A stretch of DNA of 64,000 nt from Marsupella aquatica. Lineage: Eukaryota > Plantae > Marchantiophyta. The stretch lies in NCBI GenBank assembly GCA_973895155.1, contig OZ316895.1, positions 18,299,880-18,363,879 of the forward strand, given 5' to 3'. Below are positions 61,366 to 64,000 of this stretch, piece by piece. The notes below the pieces were generated by a model. It had not been told where the DNA came from. It made no database searches and saw only the letters and a program-made list of their open reading frames with translations. The position numbers were made by a program, and so were the translations under genes. Each line of letters starts with the position of its first letter. The stretch's first letter is position 1.

Positions 61366-61735
61366 CTAATGAACATTCATTGTAGTAAAACTCTGTTAGA
61401 TCCTGGTCTGTTCATAACTGTACCACCTCTTTGTGTTGACCCTGCCTAAATGTGATTGACAGGGCAGAGAATAGTTCAAAAGTAGCATGTTGATGTGTTT
61501 GACAGTTCTGGATTGAGTTGCCTGCCTTGTTTGGTCTTTCGACCTCACTTACAACTCAAGGAACTGGTTTCTTGTATGTCCTTTTTGCCCTCTTTGAGGT
61601 GCTGTTGCCTCTTTGGCCTGCTTGGTCCCCCCATCCGTGGGGTTCACGCGGAATAAACGAACAATTAAAAAAATTTTAAAAATTGGCTCGTATGAGAATA
61701 TCTATTTACTATTTGCTAGCACGGTGGTTATACCC

Positions 61736-62730
61736 GTTTGGATGGGGAATACTCCATTTTGCATATGAATAGTGTCGGGGCATTGTGAGTAGCTGTTGTA
61801 ATCTTCATTGGGTCATTTTGGAGGAATAGTGTGTCATTAATGCCAAAGACTGCAGTAAGGGTCATTTTTGCAGTCATTTTGGAAGTCATTTGTGCACAAT
61901 GACTGCATATGGGGTCATTATAGAGGTCCCTCATGGTGTCATTATGGACCATCAGAAATGACCCTTTTGAGTCTAGGAGCTTAAGGTGGCCCTAGTGTGC
62001 CATGGGGTCCTACATGAAGGTGGCAACCTCTCCACTAGGTGTGGGGTACTATACCCACTATTCTCCAACCACTAGTTGCACCATGAACACTTTGGAGCCA
62101 TGTTTTTGCATTTTGTTAAGGCATGATGGAACCTTGGGGAAATCACTCCCAAGGCATACGGCTTTGGAGTGATTTGCCAAAATTGTCACCATGGATGTAT
62201 ACCACCACATTCAAAGTTAAATAATAGTTGTTTTCTTGTTCTCTAAGAGTTAGCGCAAAACCAGTGGAAGGTTGTTGTCCTTTGATTTAACTATGTCATG
62301 TTTGTGCTAGCATTTGGGTGAGGAATATTCTATTAAATTGCTAAGGATTTTCCAGGGGCCACTCCGATAGGTAGTGTAATCTTCACTGGGTCATTTTGGA
62401 GTAATGGTGTGTCATTAAAGCCAATGACTACCATATGGGTCATTTTGGCAGTCATATTGCCGGTCATTTGGACCAAATGACTGCATACCTGGTCATTATA
62501 GAGGTCCCTCATGGTGTCATTATGGACCAACCTAAATGACCAGTTTGGGGATAAGGGCTGAAAGTGGGCCCTAGACTGCCATGGGGCCCTACATGGAGCT
62601 GGCAACCTTTCCAATAGGTGTGGGACACTATACTTACTATTCTCCAGCCACTAGTTGCACCATGAGCACTTTGGAGCCATGTTTTCGCAATTACTTAAGG
62701 GATGATGCAACCTTGGGGAAGTCACTCCAT
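61736..62730. repeat. Inverted copies (~1.7 units) of the ~570-bp tandem repeat
   Basis: rc of the 21343-23550 unit, e.g. aatcactcccaaggcatacggctttggagtgatttgccaaa at ~62140-62180. Confidence 0.85.
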
Positions 62731-64000
62731 GGTACAGGTATGTAAACCCTATACCATATGGATCATAATTATGCTACCCCATTGTGTTTGTATATTCATG
62801 GTGGATTGTGCATTGATGTCTTCAGTGTTGTTGTTGCCATGTAGGATATATGATGCTACCAATGAGACTGTTACCAAACAAAGAGTGGATTTCCGGAAGG
62901 AATGGATGAGGAAGCCTGCCAATTGAAGAAAACCAGTGGAATTTCCCCTTGACTGCCAAGAACTGCCACCTTTCAAGGAATGGTTTCAAACATTAGTCAA
63001 TACGCATAATTTTGAGACAGAGTCTGAGCGGTCATTACTATCTACATACTCCACACCACCTAGTTTGAAGGCACGACTGTATAGGGCATGCAGAGCCTAT
63101 GGGCATCACTGGAGGACTATTCCATCCTTGGGGTGTTTGAGTGATTGTGATTCTGGTGCATTCAGCACTTTTGATTATGGGATGGCTTCGACATTCACTG
63201 AGAAGCGAGTGGACAGGTCTGGCGCAACTAGAGAAGAATTTGTACAGTATGTAGGGGCCTTGACAGATATCTTGGTACTGAATTACGGCAACTTGAGGAA
63301 AGAGGTGATTCTTTTCAAAGGGAAATGGGCAGATCCATCATGGACTCCTAATCACTCAGTGAATGGAGAATCCTCTGCCAGTATGCCAGTATTCTGAGTC
63401 TGGTCTTTGGCAGGTGAATTTCCATAGAGAACTGGGTGTGTCCAAGAAAATGGATTACGTTTTCCCAAAGCAAGTGGAGCAGGTTTTCTTCCACCCCAAT
63501 GAGAAGGGGATAGCATGGAGAACAATCCTCCACAAAGAATCTAGGTCCACAAGGGTGTTAGGTGATTACACAGATGTTGATTTCCATGCTACAATGGAAA
63601 ACAATGCCAAATTACACATTGAATTGGCTAAAGCCTGTAGGACTAGAGCAAATCCAGGACCAAGTACTGGTCCCAAACGAGGCAGAGATGCAGAGGGATC
63701 TGCAAGAAAGGGTAGGCCTTAGCAGTGAATAGGTTTTAGGTGTGTGAAGTCCATAGATAGACTACATTTATGGACTATATATGAAATCAGACTAATGTTT
63801 TGCCCATTTGCGTAGTTGGTGAATGCAACCTGTGAAAGGAAGATTGCAGGGGTTGTCACATCCTGTGAATGCTTATGAGGAGGCCCAAAAGCGGAACATA
63901 GAGCATAATGTCAGGATTATGCGTGATCTAGGACTGGGGCCAGACTGCATGCTGATGTGTCTGTTAATATGTCTATTGCAAATTTGATTCCATAGATATA
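62730..64000 (+). pseudogene. Fragment of a second CACTA element (3' end of Tnp2 and start of TnpA-like gene)
   Basis: YRACRAYGHHWR, YVGALTDILVLNYG, VILFKGKW and YVFPKQVEQVFF are homologous to 35173..36051. NAYEEAQKRNIEHN near 63870 resembles the first exon at 36208. Confidence 0.8.

Larger units (their letters stand above)
54337..61678 (+). mobile_element. Full-length, decayed L1 LINE inserted in the T-side subterminal repeats of copy C
   Basis: 17-bp TSD aaaattggctcgtatga (54320-54336 and 61679-61695), ORF1 + ORF2 and an A-rich tail. Confidence 0.93.
24180..61735. mobile_element. Mutator-like copy C (M remnant and X minus, T plus), expanded to 37.5 kb by nested insertions
   Basis: Ends gggtataacgatcgtggaagtaaacagtaaa (24180) and rc gggtataaccaccgtgctagcaaatagtaaa (61735). 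Gene order mirrors copy A. The flanks do not form a direct TSD (see inversion finding). Confidence 0.72.

Overview
Eukaryotic DNA, probably from a bryophyte-like plant (inferred from GT-AG introns, plant-type L1 and CACTA elements). It consists almost entirely of nested, mostly decayed transposons, and no host gene, rRNA, tRNA or CRISPR array was recognised. The window is dominated by four copies or fragments (A 1192-13838, B <1-18619, D 18620-21342, C 24180-61735) of one Mutator-like DNA transposon family with short imperfect TIRs and an 8-9 bp TSD. The family carries (T) a GCM/WRKY-like zinc finger + MULE DDE + SWIM transposase and, divergently, (M) a five-exon gene fusing a ParB/Srx-like domain (VFDGNHR) to a bacterial-type beta-class N6/N4 DNA-methyltransferase-like domain. 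Two copies also carry a small conserved gene X ending in SDAYKPSWWED. About 45 copies of a 15-bp palindrome, TAGCGCCNGGCGCTA, lie in the introns and intergenic DNA of this family and were not seen in the other elements. This suggests a self-marking or anti-silencing system (parS-like or VANDAL/VANC-like), which is the top candidate for an undescribed system. Inserted into these copies are three solo LTRs, two L1 LINEs, a CACTA element with a nested non-autonomous CACTA, and a foldback MITE. A ~570-bp tandem repeat carries a split TSD that points to an inversion. All coordinates and counts were read by eye; no database searches were run.
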